NCBI GenBank assembly: GCA_037968995.1
Contig: JBBKWP010000282.1
Span: 4,426 to 68,425 of the forward strand
Direction of reading: 5' to 3'
DNA from: Candidatus Xenobia bacterium
Lineage (GTDB): Bacteria; Vulcanimicrobiota; Xenobia; Xenobiales; JADMJV01
Length of the DNA stretch: 64,000 nucleotides
The translations under genes and the position numbers were made by a program. Position 1 is the stretch's first letter; each line of letters begins with the position of its first letter. The notes beneath the pieces were generated by a model that was given only the letters and a program-made list of their open reading frames with translations, ran no database searches and was not told the origin of the DNA. Below, piece by piece: positions 25,433 through 35,500 of this stretch.

Positions 25433-25458
25433 CAAGCTCATTGAGCTCATTGAGCTCA
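25433..25458. promoter_or_regulatory. Tandem 9-bp repeats containing two perfect TGAGCTCA palindromes (candidate operator)
   Basis: The sequence 'caAGCTCATTGAGCTCATTGAGCTCAcg' lies in the 358-bp divergent intergenic region between the TPR/Hsp70 operon (start 25232, minus strand) and the lipoprotein gene (start 25591, plus strand). Confidence 0.3.
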
Positions 25459-25590
25459 CGGATTCGCGTTGTGGTGCGTCGCCTCCCCCGTCGTCTTAAC
25501 TCCACGATTATAGAAGGAGTTTGCCGCTCAGAGAGGATGGGAAAACAAACCTCCTGGACAACAGCTTTATTCTTACTCAAGGTAAAAATC

Positions 25591-26583
25591 ATGAAAAAAA
25601 CCGTTCTGCGTCTCACTCTATGCCTACTCGCTCTCGTCGCGTCAGGCTGCGGTGGCAGCGACCCGCTCGACAGCTTCAACGACACCTTCAATTCCGTCAG
25701 CCAGTCGGTCACGCAAACCGTGACCCGTGTAACCCACGTGAACTGGAACACCTACAACGTCTACCGTTACGAAGCGGACGCCTGGGTGCCTGTGATCAGC
25801 CAAGGCAACGTCCTCAGTCTGCCTCCTCTGGGCCAGCGTCCGGTCATGATCGTGCATGGTCTGGGTTCCGACATCGTTTCGAAGAGATTCGACGATGTCG
25901 CGAAGGCCTTGCAACAAGCGGGTGCGACCGCTATCCTCGGATTCGAATACGACACTCTCGATGCTGTGTCTAAAAACGGCAGCCTTCTGGTCGAGGCTCT
26001 GAATCTGCTCACCGACAACGACCCCGGTCGCCAATTTTCGCTGATGGGGCACAGCATGGGAACGCTCGTCACGAGGGTCGCTCTGGAAAGTGGCCTAACT
26101 TTCGATATCGCTCCGACCGGAAATCGTGCGGTCTTGGTGGCCGGCCCACATTTGGGCAGCGAAGTGGCCCAGGCGATTCAAGCTCGACCCAATCTGTTTC
26201 AGGAAGTCTTGCAGCTTTTAGTCTTGAACGGCAACATGGAGTTTCGTAACCTTGACGGTCGCCGAGTCGCGGTGGACGGACAGGAGCAGGGCTTCAGCGA
26301 CCTCATTCCGGGCAACTCGTTCCTGACCGGGCTCAACTTCGAAGCCGCCAATCATCACCCGCAGTTTGAGTACCGTACGATCGCGGGCAACAAGCGGGGC
26401 ACCGACTACGAAGCTATCGCCCGTCTGCTGGGCGTCTTCGAAGATGACGGTGTCGTGGGTCTATCGAGTGCCAACGCCGGGGTGATAGGTCAGGTAGCTT
26501 CAACCATCGGTAGCGGAGACCACACCACCATTACAACCAACCCAGTGGCGGTTCAGAAAATTCTAGAGTTCCTGGGATTCTAA
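25591..26583 (+). CDS. Lipoprotein, alpha/beta-hydrolase (lipase/PGAP1-like)
   Basis: 'MKKTVLRLTLCLLALVASGCGG' is a signal peptide with the lipobox LVASG|C. 'PVMIVHGLGS' and the nucleophile elbow 'LMGHSMGT' are present. ATG 25591 is preferred over the ORF-track start 25441. Confidence 0.7.
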   Translation: MKKTVLRLTLCLLALVASGCGGSDPLDSFNDTFNSVSQSVTQTVTRVTHVNWNTYNVYRYEADAWVPVISQGNVLSLPPLGQRPVMIVHGLGSDIVSKRFDDVAKALQQAGATAILGFEYDTLDAVSKNGSLLVEALNLLTDNDPGRQFSLMGHSMGTLVTRVALESGLTFDIAPTGNRAVLVAGPHLGSEVAQAIQARPNLFQEVLQLLVLNGNMEFRNLDGRRVAVDGQEQGFSDLIPGNSFLTGLNFEAANHHPQFEYRTIAGNKRGTDYEAIARLLGVFEDDGVVGLSSANAGVIGQVASTIGSGDHTTITTNPVAVQKILEFLGF

Positions 26584-27563
26584 AAGGTCGGTCTCGGTCG
26601 GTCCCACCACCAGAACAGCAGCCATCCCACGGCCAGTCCTAAGGTCACTCGGGCTGCGTGCTCGCGATGACGGACCTTCTTCTTCGTCTTCATCGCTGTG
26701 ATAGGTTGGGGTGGCGCGGCCCGATAGTGACGGACGGGACGAGTGCAAAACTCATTGAGCAGATCCGCTGCGGTATGGGCTAAAACTTCGAACGCGGCTT
26801 CCCCTAATTCCGCTGTTGCGACGGCCGGCGTTCCGAAATACCCACGATGAGCCCGAAGCGCCCGCAACCTCTTTCGGGTGCCGCTGGGCACTGGATGGGC
26901 CGGCAGCGTCTTGTATTGGCTGCCCACCAGGTGAGGTGTGATATGCAGCAGCAGCGCGGTCTCCCAACCAGCGGCATGAACGTCGCCGTTGAGCCCCGCG
27001 ACTTCGGCCTCGGTGTAAGGTCGACCCAAGCGCTTTTGTACTGCCTCATCATAGTCTCCCACCAGGAATCCTTCCAGCAGGTGCTTGGACGGGGAGATGA
27101 CTCTCATGCGAGTTTTACTCTCCAAAATTCGAGCGGCTTCGTTGAGTGCATACAGATGATCGTCGGCTCCGTGCGAGGTCAACAACACCAGTCGACGAAC
27201 TCCCAGGCGCTCCAACTCTTCGCCGTACTCCAGGAGAGCCTTGATCAACGTTTTTTTCTTCAACCGCAAGCAGCCAAGACTGGCTAGTGCGCTGGCGCCC
27301 TGGTACCAAAGCGGGAGCATCACCGCGTGCGCTTCACTTTCCGGCAGACCAACGGCGGTCACGGGAGTGACCAATTCCGCCACGCGATAGGCCAGAGCGT
27401 CACAAATGATAGGGTCCGTTCCACTGGGTAGGTGGCTGGCGTGATCTTCCAAGGGGGCCACACCAAGGAAAAAAAGGCTTCCACGATAGGCCTCTTCTCG
27501 GAGCTCGTCCCAAGTCAGTTCATCAGCGTTCTTTACGTTCATAAAATCGGCCTTCGCTCTCAT
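26580..27563 (-). CDS. Creatininase-family amidohydrolase with C-terminal basic + TM tail
   Basis: Creatininase-family metal-site motifs 'EDHASHLPSGTDPII', 'LLTSHGADDH' and 'GDVHAAGWETALLLHI' are present. The C-terminus 'VTLGLAVGWLLFWWW' is hydrophobic. Starts at ATG 27563 or 27542 avoid overlap with the upstream gene; the ORF-track start is 27665. Confidence 0.65.
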   Translation of the reverse strand: MRAKADFMNVKNADELTWDELREEAYRGSLFFLGVAPLEDHASHLPSGTDPIICDALAYRVAELVTPVTAVGLPESEAHAVMLPLWYQGASALASLGCLRLKKKTLIKALLEYGEELERLGVRRLVLLTSHGADDHLYALNEAARILESKTRMRVISPSKHLLEGFLVGDYDEAVQKRLGRPYTEAEVAGLNGDVHAAGWETALLLHITPHLVGSQYKTLPAHPVPSGTRKRLRALRAHRGYFGTPAVATAELGEAAFEVLAHTAADLLNEFCTRPVRHYRAAPPQPITAMKTKKKVRHREHAARVTLGLAVGWLLFWWWDRPRPTF

Positions 27564-27607
27564 CAATAGAGCCCCTGGTCTGCTTCCGCCCGCGGAAAAA
27601 GGGACGC

Positions 27608-28066
27608 CTAGAACACGTCTTGTCCGAATTTGGCCTCGTAGCTGTCGGCTGCCAATGCGACGCACTCCAGAGCCGCTTCGAAGCCATTCGGATTGAGCGA
27701 ATTGAGCAAGAGGTCGTAACTGGCCACGATGATATAGCTCTCTTCTTCCTCTTGAACCCCGTAGCGCGCGAAGTTCAGCTTTTCATTGAGCAAGAGAAGC
27801 TCTAGGGCCATGGTCTTGCTAATACCTTTAAACATTCCCTTGTCAACCACTAAGCAGATGGAGTGCACCGCGATCACCGGTACCTCGGGCTCTAACGAAG
27901 AGTCGCTGACGCAGACGTCCTGAGTGCGTCCATTGGGTAAACCGAAGCGGATCACGTACTGAGAGTTCTCCAGGTCGTGCTCGCCTTCGATTTCGCACTC
28001 ACCCGCCAGTTGCTCAATTCTCTTCAACACTTCGTTTGCTTGACTCAAACTCAAAACGACACCCAC
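27608..28066 (-). CDS. Hypothetical protein, possibly YbjN/T3SS-chaperone-like fold
   Basis: 152 aa, acidic. The alternating beta/helix pattern and 'MALELLLLNEKLNFARYGV' resemble YbjN-family proteins. This is a weak call made by eye. Confidence 0.35.
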   Translation of the reverse strand: MGVVLSLSQANEVLKRIEQLAGECEIEGEHDLENSQYVIRFGLPNGRTQDVCVSDSSLEPEVPVIAVHSICLVVDKGMFKGISKTMALELLLLNEKLNFARYGVQEEEESYIIVASYDLLLNSLNPNGFEAALECVALAADSYEAKFGQDVF

Positions 28067-28164
28067 TCACTTTCTGGTTGAAGATTCCAGTAAGCCCTAT
28101 CCGTTCCTGTCCCCCTGCCACTTGGTTCACCAGGTTTCGCACTCCTTAAAGAGAAAACCCTACC

Positions 28165-29613
28165 ATGAAAAACCTAGCTCTGCTGACCGATCTCTATCAG
28201 TTGACCATGCTCGCCGGCTACCATGCCTGCAACAAGATCGAGCAACGGAGCAGCTTCGAACTTTTTTTCCGTCGTCTCCCCTTTCAAGGCGGTTTTTGTG
28301 TGGCTGCGGGACTGGAGCCGGCCCTCCATTATCTTCGAAACCTGAGGTTCGAAGATCACGAGCTAGAATATCTGAAAGGCCTCGGCATCTTCAGCGACGA
28401 TTTCTTGTCCTGGCTCAAGAACTTTCGCTTCACAGCGGATGTGGACGCCGTGGCCGAGGGTGAATTGATCTTTGCCGGAGAACCCCTGATGCGAGTTCGA
28501 GGACGCCTTCCGGAGGCGCAACTGGTGGAATCGGCGCTGCTCAACATGCTCAATTTCCAGACCTTGATCGCGACCAAAGCGGCGCGACTCTATATCGCCT
28601 CGAACCGTGGGTCCGTCTTAGAGTTCGGTTTGCGACGGGCCCAAGGCGTGGACGGTGCCATTTCAGCGACTCGGGCTTCCTACATTGGGGGCTGCACGGC
28701 GACCTCCAACGTGCTAGCCGGCTACCTTCACGGCATCCCCGTACGAGGCACTCACGCCCATTCCTGGATTATGTCGTTCCCTTCAGAGCTTGAGGCTTTT
28801 CGCGCCTACGCGACCCTCTACCCGGACAGTTCCACTCTTTTGGTTGACACCTACGACACTCTGGGTTCCGGAGTTCCCAATGCCATCGTAGTAGGCCTAG
28901 AACTTAAAGGTCGCGGCCACCAACTCCAAGGAATTCGCCTCGACTCGGGAGATCTCGCGCAGCTTTCGATAGCGGCGCGTCGAATGCTGGATGAGGCAGG
29001 ATTGGAACAAACCAAGATCGTCGCTTCCAACGATCTCGACGAGCACTTGGTCGCCAACCTGCTCAGCCAGGGAGCGCGGATAGACATCTGGGGTGTCGGA
29101 ACAAGCCTGGTCACCAGTCGAGACGAACCCGCCTTAGGCGGCGTCTACAAGTTGGTCGCGGCCGCTGGGCCGAGCGGGAACCTTGAACCTCGCATTAAGA
29201 TCTCTAGTAATCCTGAAAAGATTACTGTCCCAGGAGAGAAAGACCTGTGGCGAGTCTACGATGAGCAAGGCATGATGGTCGGGGACTGCCTCACTCGGGC
29301 TGGTGAAAAGCCAGACTTCAAGACGCCTCTTGGCGTCGTGAGTCACCATCCGCACTTCGCCGAGAGTCGACGGAACCTCATGGGCCACTCGGCCAGGGCT
29401 CTGCTCCAACCCGTGATGAGACAGGGGCGGTTAATTCCTGAAGAGCGACCGTCACTCGATAGCATCCGGGATGCCTTTGTAAAAAATCTCGAGACGCTCC
29501 CGGCCGAGTGCCAACGCCGTGCCAACCCTGAAAGCTACTGGGTTGGACTCTCCGACGACCTGTTTACCTTGCGCTCCAAGATGCTCTCAGAGGCCCAAGT
29601 GCCTAGGACTTAG
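28165..29613 (+). CDS. pncB: Nicotinate phosphoribosyltransferase
   Basis: 482 aa. Motifs 'LLTDLYQLTMLAGY', 'FGLRRAQG', 'GTHAHSW' and 'GIRLDSGD' are present. Confidence 0.9.
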   Translation: MKNLALLTDLYQLTMLAGYHACNKIEQRSSFELFFRRLPFQGGFCVAAGLEPALHYLRNLRFEDHELEYLKGLGIFSDDFLSWLKNFRFTADVDAVAEGELIFAGEPLMRVRGRLPEAQLVESALLNMLNFQTLIATKAARLYIASNRGSVLEFGLRRAQGVDGAISATRASYIGGCTATSNVLAGYLHGIPVRGTHAHSWIMSFPSELEAFRAYATLYPDSSTLLVDTYDTLGSGVPNAIVVGLELKGRGHQLQGIRLDSGDLAQLSIAARRMLDEAGLEQTKIVASNDLDEHLVANLLSQGARIDIWGVGTSLVTSRDEPALGGVYKLVAAAGPSGNLEPRIKISSNPEKITVPGEKDLWRVYDEQGMMVGDCLTRAGEKPDFKTPLGVVSHHPHFAESRRNLMGHSARALLQPVMRQGRLIPEERPSLDSIRDAFVKNLETLPAECQRRANPESYWVGLSDDLFTLRSKMLSEAQVPRT

Positions 29614-30515
29614 CGTTTTTGAGCTAAGACGTAACGACAGGCACCCTGAACGATTCCCATACGGGTGCCGAGATCATCGAGAAACTTCACTATGGGCAAC
29701 ATCAAGAACTTCTGGTTGGGCTTCCGTCGGGCCATGCGAAGGTAGACGTCGAGAAAGGCTCGCCTTCGTTCTTGAAATCTGAGAGCGAACAGTTCTTCCA
29801 CACGGGCCAACACGTGCCCCTCGGTGGGCTCTGAGTGGCGGGCCAGCGCCCGGACCATATCGAATCGGTAGCGCTGTTTCCAGACCCGTCGCCAACTCCA
29901 AGGGTCGCTGCTGGGATCGCGCCATTTCACCCAGCGATGCTGGAGGACGGCGGCTTGATCAAGATTCCCGGAGGGAGGGTCGGTCGCATCGTGATATATC
30001 AGCCAGCCTCCGGGCTTAAGAGCCTTATAAATCCCGTTGAGGACTTCGCCTGGGTCTTTGCAGCGAGAGAGAATAAATCCGGCGTGGACCACGTCGAACT
30101 CCTCCTCCACGTCGGCCCAGGGATACTCCTCAACGTTCTGTTCTTTGTAGGTGACTTTGCCGAACTTTTTTCCCTCGTTGTGGAGACGATCACTGTAGTA
30201 GCGTGCCCAATCAAGAAGCCGTCCGTCGGTGTCGACAGCCTCGACTCTCACATCAGGATTCCCCTGAGCGACCGCAATGGCAAACCATCCACACCCACAA
30301 CCTAGGTCGAGTACGCGCTCGGCGCGTCGGGCCAAAACCAAACTTCGACGATGAAGGGTCAAACCTTCGAGGTAGAGCTTCAGCCACAAACGGGGGTTTC
30401 GGCGCGGATCTGGTTGGTCGGTAAACCGATGCAACGGTGACCCCCCCGCTCCGTCGAGTAGTACGTTGGGGCGGGGAAAGAGAATCGGCGGCTCGATCTG
30501 GGTCATGGCAAGCAT
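29610..30515 (-). CDS. Class I SAM-dependent methyltransferase
   Basis: 301 aa. Motif I is 'RVLDLGCGCGWFAIAVA', with 'VEAVDTD' and 'LKPGGWLIYHD' also present. Its stop overlaps the pncB stop (TTAG). Confidence 0.7.
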   Translation of the reverse strand: MLAMTQIEPPILFPRPNVLLDGAGGSPLHRFTDQPDPRRNPRLWLKLYLEGLTLHRRSLVLARRAERVLDLGCGCGWFAIAVAQGNPDVRVEAVDTDGRLLDWARYYSDRLHNEGKKFGKVTYKEQNVEEYPWADVEEEFDVVHAGFILSRCKDPGEVLNGIYKALKPGGWLIYHDATDPPSGNLDQAAVLQHRWVKWRDPSSDPWSWRRVWKQRYRFDMVRALARHSEPTEGHVLARVEELFALRFQERRRAFLDVYLRMARRKPNQKFLMLPIVKFLDDLGTRMGIVQGACRYVLAQKR

Positions 30516-30560
30516 GCGGTAAGGTTGCGCCTTCGTCCAATTCGACTCCTGCCAAAGTGG

Positions 30561-32465
30561 TTAGCGAGGGAAGGTGGAAATGCGATTCCCACCCGCGGCA
30601 CGAGCTTGGGTCAGCGCTCCGAAGGCCGCTTCTTTGAGCCGCTGGGAGTCCGAAGCGTCGTGGGGAACGCCCGCTACGCCGACGGAGACGGAAAGGCGTA
30701 GAGGCTGCCCCGGGGTGCCAAAAGTTGTCTGATAGATGGTCTGCCGAATTCTTTCAGCAATGGGTATCGCGTTCTCACGGTCAGAGTGAACCAACAGGAT
30801 GCCGAAATCGTCGGCTTCTATCCGGGACGCGGTGTCGGTGTCGCGAATGGCTTCTATCAAGAGCCCCGCCACCTGCCTGAGGACGTTGTCTAAGATCTCC
30901 CGGCCAAGTTTCTCGACCATCGGAGTGAAACCGTCGATGTCTATCAACAGCAAAGAGACCGGATAGGTGTAGCGACGTCCCCGACGCACCTCCTCTTCCA
31001 TTCTCTCCGCAAGATAGAGGCCGTTGTGAAGCCCGGTGACCGGGTCGTGCAGACCTCCACCGACCCGGTGGCGAAATTCCAAACAACGAGCCACAACCAT
31101 GGAAGCCAATTCCAGAAACTCTTCGATAGAGGAGAGGTCGGCGTCACGGTATCCTGCCGCTTCGGCCCGACTCATATAGACCACGCCCATAATCGAACTC
31201 GCCGCTTGACTGTCGGGATTGAGAAGCGGAACGACCACGGCGCTTCGCCCTTGGCCGGCCAACACTTCCACCACTCCGGAATCCGTTTCGATCCGCGAAT
31301 CATCGATTCTCAGGCTGCGCCCGCTTGAGGCAACCCAACCCACGGCCTGCTCACCCACCGGGATCGCCAGTTCTCTGAAAAAATCGGTGTCAGGAGCGTC
31401 GGCAACCTCAGGATAGAGATACTGAGTTCCTTGCACGCTCTCTGTCATGAACACCACGCAGGCCGCGCTGGGAAACCGTGACTGGAGGTGGTAGACGAGC
31501 GCCAAAAGAGTGTCTTCTAAAGACAGCGATCCTGAAATCTTGCGAAATCCATCCAGCGTAAGACTTCGAGCGTTCAATTCCTGTTCGAGGCGATTTCCTC
31601 GATCTTCGAGGGCTTGACGATCACGAACCATCTCCTCGGACATCCGGCTGACTTCCTCTTCAACTTGGCTGTCCTTCGAATTCATAGAGATACGAGTTTT
31701 GGCAAGATCCTTGTAGGCTTCTTCCAACTCCATCTGCAGATGCGCTACCTCTTTGCCCAGATGGCTCAAGCGCTGTTCTCTCTCGTTGAGGCCCTCGAAG
31801 AGGGCGTCAACTTCCTCGCCGCGCTCAGCCAACTGCTCATAAAGCATATCGGTGGCTTGAGAGGCCTTAGCCTTGACTCCCCGTGCCCGGTTGCCCTCTA
31901 AGATGGCCAGCGAATAGAGCCAAGCCATAAGGACCGAGCAAGCGGCCTGTATTCCAGACAGCGACAACCGTAGGGTCAAGGTTTCCGCGCTGATCGTTTG
32001 GTTATCGAAACTCTCCAACAAGGGTCTGGCATAGACGACGGAGTAAAACATGATACCCAGCACGGCCGCCACTAGAGCGGCCGTCAAGCCAAAGCCCGAA
32101 CAGACTTCCAGGACCGGCAGAGCGAAAACCAGTAAGAAATACGCCTCGCCATACATGTATGTAAGACCGGTGCCGAGGGCGACGTCTACAAGGATGAAGA
32201 GCGTCAACAGCGCACGACTGTCACTAAAGCTCAGCATCACCGCGGCAATCAAATGGTAAAAAACCACGCCACTGGCCACAACCCACCCGAGATCGGCGAG
32301 TTCATCAGCCATAGCCAAGGGGCGAGAATGAAAATTAGAAATCAATAGCGCAGAAATGACACCGACGATTCGCACCCCCACCAAAAAAAATCGAAGACCT
32401 CGGTTGGGTCCCGCTTCTTCCTGCGCCGGATTAGAGTCTGTGGACATGCCCAGAGAGGTTCTCAA
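30561..32465 (-). CDS. Membrane sensor: multi-TM N-domain, coiled coil, GAF, and degenerate GGDEF domain (EADDF)
   Basis: 634 aa with about 5-6 TM helices in residues 20-190 and a coiled coil ('HLQMELEEAYKDLAK'). A GAF-like region follows. The GGDEF domain has 'DPVTGLHNGLYL', 'LLLIDIDGF' and an A-site that reads 'RIEADDFGILL'. An RxxD I-site ('RDTD') lies 5 residues upstream of the A-site. Confidence 0.75.
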   Translation of the reverse strand: MRTSLGMSTDSNPAQEEAGPNRGLRFFLVGVRIVGVISALLISNFHSRPLAMADELADLGWVVASGVVFYHLIAAVMLSFSDSRALLTLFILVDVALGTGLTYMYGEAYFLLVFALPVLEVCSGFGLTAALVAAVLGIMFYSVVYARPLLESFDNQTISAETLTLRLSLSGIQAACSVLMAWLYSLAILEGNRARGVKAKASQATDMLYEQLAERGEEVDALFEGLNEREQRLSHLGKEVAHLQMELEEAYKDLAKTRISMNSKDSQVEEEVSRMSEEMVRDRQALEDRGNRLEQELNARSLTLDGFRKISGSLSLEDTLLALVYHLQSRFPSAACVVFMTESVQGTQYLYPEVADAPDTDFFRELAIPVGEQAVGWVASSGRSLRIDDSRIETDSGVVEVLAGQGRSAVVVPLLNPDSQAASSIMGVVYMSRAEAAGYRDADLSSIEEFLELASMVVARCLEFRHRVGGGLHDPVTGLHNGLYLAERMEEEVRRGRRYTYPVSLLLIDIDGFTPMVEKLGREILDNVLRQVAGLLIEAIRDTDTASRIEADDFGILLVHSDRENAIPIAERIRQTIYQTTFGTPGQPLRLSVSVGVAGVPHDASDSQRLKEAAFGALTQARAAGGNRISTFPR

Positions 32466-32529
32466 AGCCCCCTCGGCTCTCCTGGTCCGACAGAGGGTTC
32501 GAAGTTATCAGAAGGGACCATCGTGATAT

Positions 32530-35500
32530 GTGGGGTACCCTGCCGCCATGACTTCTAGGACAACGGCCGACAAAGACAGCCAACTCAAGATGGGACCTCC
32601 CGCGGCGATCCACCAACTTCTTACCCTGCTGGGCAAACGTGCCGATGTCGGACGCTTGGCATCAGCCGTGGAAGATTCTGAGAAATTGATTGTCGAAGGA
32701 GTCATTCGATCCGCTCGGGGAGCGCTATGGTCCGCCTTGCGCGGGATGCACGATCGACCAGTGGCCGGACCGTCTCTTTGGGTGACACCGTCAACAGACG
32801 GAGCCGAAGCCCTAGTGGAGGACCTAAGGGCTCTAGGCTTCGAGCAGCATCTCGTCTACTTCCCGTTCCGCGAGGAGCGAACAAAAACCGAAGACGCTCG
32901 ACCCGTGGACCCGATGCAACTCAAGGCGCTCGAGCAACTTCAAGGCCTTCCCAAGGGTCAACCGTTACTCGTGGTAGCCCCTGTGAAAGCACTGATGCAA
33001 AAGACCATGAGTCGCGAAGCCCTCGATAAGAACAGGTGGACGGTTCGCAAGGGTGAGTCGACCGACCGAGAAACCCTGATCGAGATGTTAGTCGAGGAAG
33101 GCTATCATCGGGGCAACTTGGTGGAACGTCGAGGGGAGTTCTCGGCCCGCGGCGACATCGTCGATATTTATCCCATCACTGGAGAACCTGTTCGTGTGGA
33201 ACTGTTCGGTGACGAGGTGGAGTCGATTCGCCGATTCAATCTCGACACTCAACGCTCCATCGCCGAGATCTCGGAGTTTTCCGTAAGCCCGATCTCTCAC
33301 GAAGATGAGGGATCCCATCTGGTCGACTTTCTTCCTCGAGGAAGCCTGGTCTGCTTGGAGGAGCCCGCTCAGTTGCGCCTTCAGACGTTGGAATGGTCCC
33401 ACGAGGGTTGGCATGGCGAATGGGGCGACTTCATGGCGCTTTTGACTCCGTTTCGCCAACTGTCGTTCACCACGTGGGAAGATGCCGAAAGCCGCGCTGC
33501 CTCTGAAGGGGTACAAAGAATCAGTTTCCCGTTCGAGCCTCAGCGCGTGTTTCCCGACCGAGTGGAGGGCATGTTGGGCCGGCTTCCTATTTGGGTCAAG
33601 GAGGAGCGCGCCGTATTGGTGATGAGTCGTCAGCACTCGCGTCTCGAAGAGTTGCTCACGGAGAACCGCCTGCTCTCCTCCGTATTCTCCCCCGGCAAAG
33701 GCGTGGCACTGGTTTCCAGTCCCTTGGGCGAGGGCTTCCACTTACCGGGCACGGAGGGTGAACCGACCCTGGAAGTGCTCACAGATCGTGAGATCACCGG
33801 CGCGGTTCGCCGTCGGAAGTCGCACCAAAAGGCGGAACGCGCGTCCCTCATCCGCCTCGATGAACTCAATATCGGCGACATGGTGGTCCACCTGCAGCAC
33901 GGGATTGGACGCTACGGCGGCGTTAAGACCCTCACGATTGGCGGCTTCAACAAAGACTTCTTGACGGTGGAGTACGCCAAAAACGACAGTCTGTTCGTGC
34001 CGGTGGAGCAACTCGATCTCTTGCAGCCCTATAAGGGCGTCGAGGGCAAGGGCGGCAAACTCTCCAAAATGGGCGGCCAAGAATGGGCGCGTGCGCGTAG
34101 CAAGGTCAAAAAGAACGCCGTGGAGTTGGCCGAGGACCTTTTGCGACTCTACGCCGAGCGAGAATCTTCGGTCGGGCACGCCTATCCACCGGACACCCCG
34201 TGGCAGGCGGAAATGGAAGAAGCCTTCCCGTATGAGGAGACCGCCGATCAGTTGCGTGTGATCGACGAAGTTAAGTCCGATATGGAACGTCCCCGCCCTA
34301 TGGACCGCCTGGTCTGCGGCGATGTCGGCTACGGCAAAACCGAAGTAGCCATCCGCGCGGCTTTCAAGGCCGTTTCCGAGGGTCGCCAAGTCGCCGTTCT
34401 GGTTCCGACCACGGTTCTGGCCCACCAGCATTATCAGACCTTCGCGGAGCGACTAGCAGCTTTCCCCGTGAAAGTCGGGGTACTCAGTCGTTTTCGGAGC
34501 AACGCCGAGATCAAAGCGACTCTGGAAGCCCTAGCCAAAGGCGAGGTCGATGTCATCATCGGAACCCATAGACTGCTCTCAAAAGACATCAAGTTCAACT
34601 CTTTGGGCCTGCTGATCGTGGATGAAGAGCAACGCTTCGGCGTTAAGCAGAAAGAAAAAATTAAGGCGCTCCGGAAAAACGTCGATATCCTGACGCTGAC
34701 TGCCACTCCGATTCCGAGAACCCTCAACATGGCCTTGGTCTCCATTCGCGACTTGTCGGTCATCGAAACGCCTCCAGAAGATCGCGTCCCTATCAAAACT
34801 TACCTGTTTGAATCCCATCCGGACATTTTGCGGGGAGCTATCACCAGAGAACTCCAGCGCGAAGGGCAGGTCTTCTTAGTTCACAACCGAGTGGAAAGCA
34901 TCGAGCGATTAGCCGCTGATATTCGTCGTATGCTGCCCACCGTGCGTGTCGGTGTGGGGCACGGACAGATGGGCGACGACGCGCTCGAGAAAGTCATGAT
35001 GGACTACTTGGAGGGAGAGTACGACGTTCTCGTCTGTACCACCATCATCGAGAGTGGGCTTGATATCCCGAACTCCAACACTATCATCATTAACAACGCC
35101 CACCATTTCGGACTTTCTCAACTGTACCAGATGAGAGGACGAGTGGGACGCTCAGCGCGACAGGCTTACTGCTATCTGCTCTATCCGCCTGCTCGCAGCC
35201 TCAGCGACGATGCCGTCAAGCGTCTGGAAACGATTCGCGACTTCACCCATCTGGGGGCGGGCTATCAGATCGCCCTACGCGATCTGGAGATTCGAGGGGC
35301 GGGAGACATTCTCGGCGCCGAGCAGTCCGGCAGTATCGCAGCCGTCGGCTTCGACCTTTACTGCAAGATGCTCGCTGATGAGGTGGCCACCCTGCGAGGA
35401 GAACGGCCTCAGTACGAGATCTCCGACCAACCTATCATCATCGAACTTCCGGTTCCGGCGAATTTGCCCGACGACTATATCTCGGACCCTGAGCAGAAGG

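Noticed and set aside
25233-25590. I looked for heat-shock control elements upstream of the Hsp70 operon: a CIRCE inverted repeat and a sigma-54 TGGCAC-N5-TTGC promoter.
   Set aside because: Neither consensus is present. 'CTGGCAGGTTCTAGAC' near 25368 does not fit the -24/-12 spacing or sequence. Only the palindromes reported as a finding were seen.
30781-31200. Apparent 1-nt frame slips when I hand-translated the raw lines near 30781 (GGDEF gene) and 46381-46560 (5' end of ligA copy 2). These could have indicated frameshifts or pseudogenes.
   Set aside because: The supplied ORF track shows uninterrupted ORFs through both places, and overlapping ORFs in other frames agree with it. I attribute the discrepancy to my own character counting and do not call any frameshift. 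Coordinates in these regions were taken from ORF-track arithmetic.
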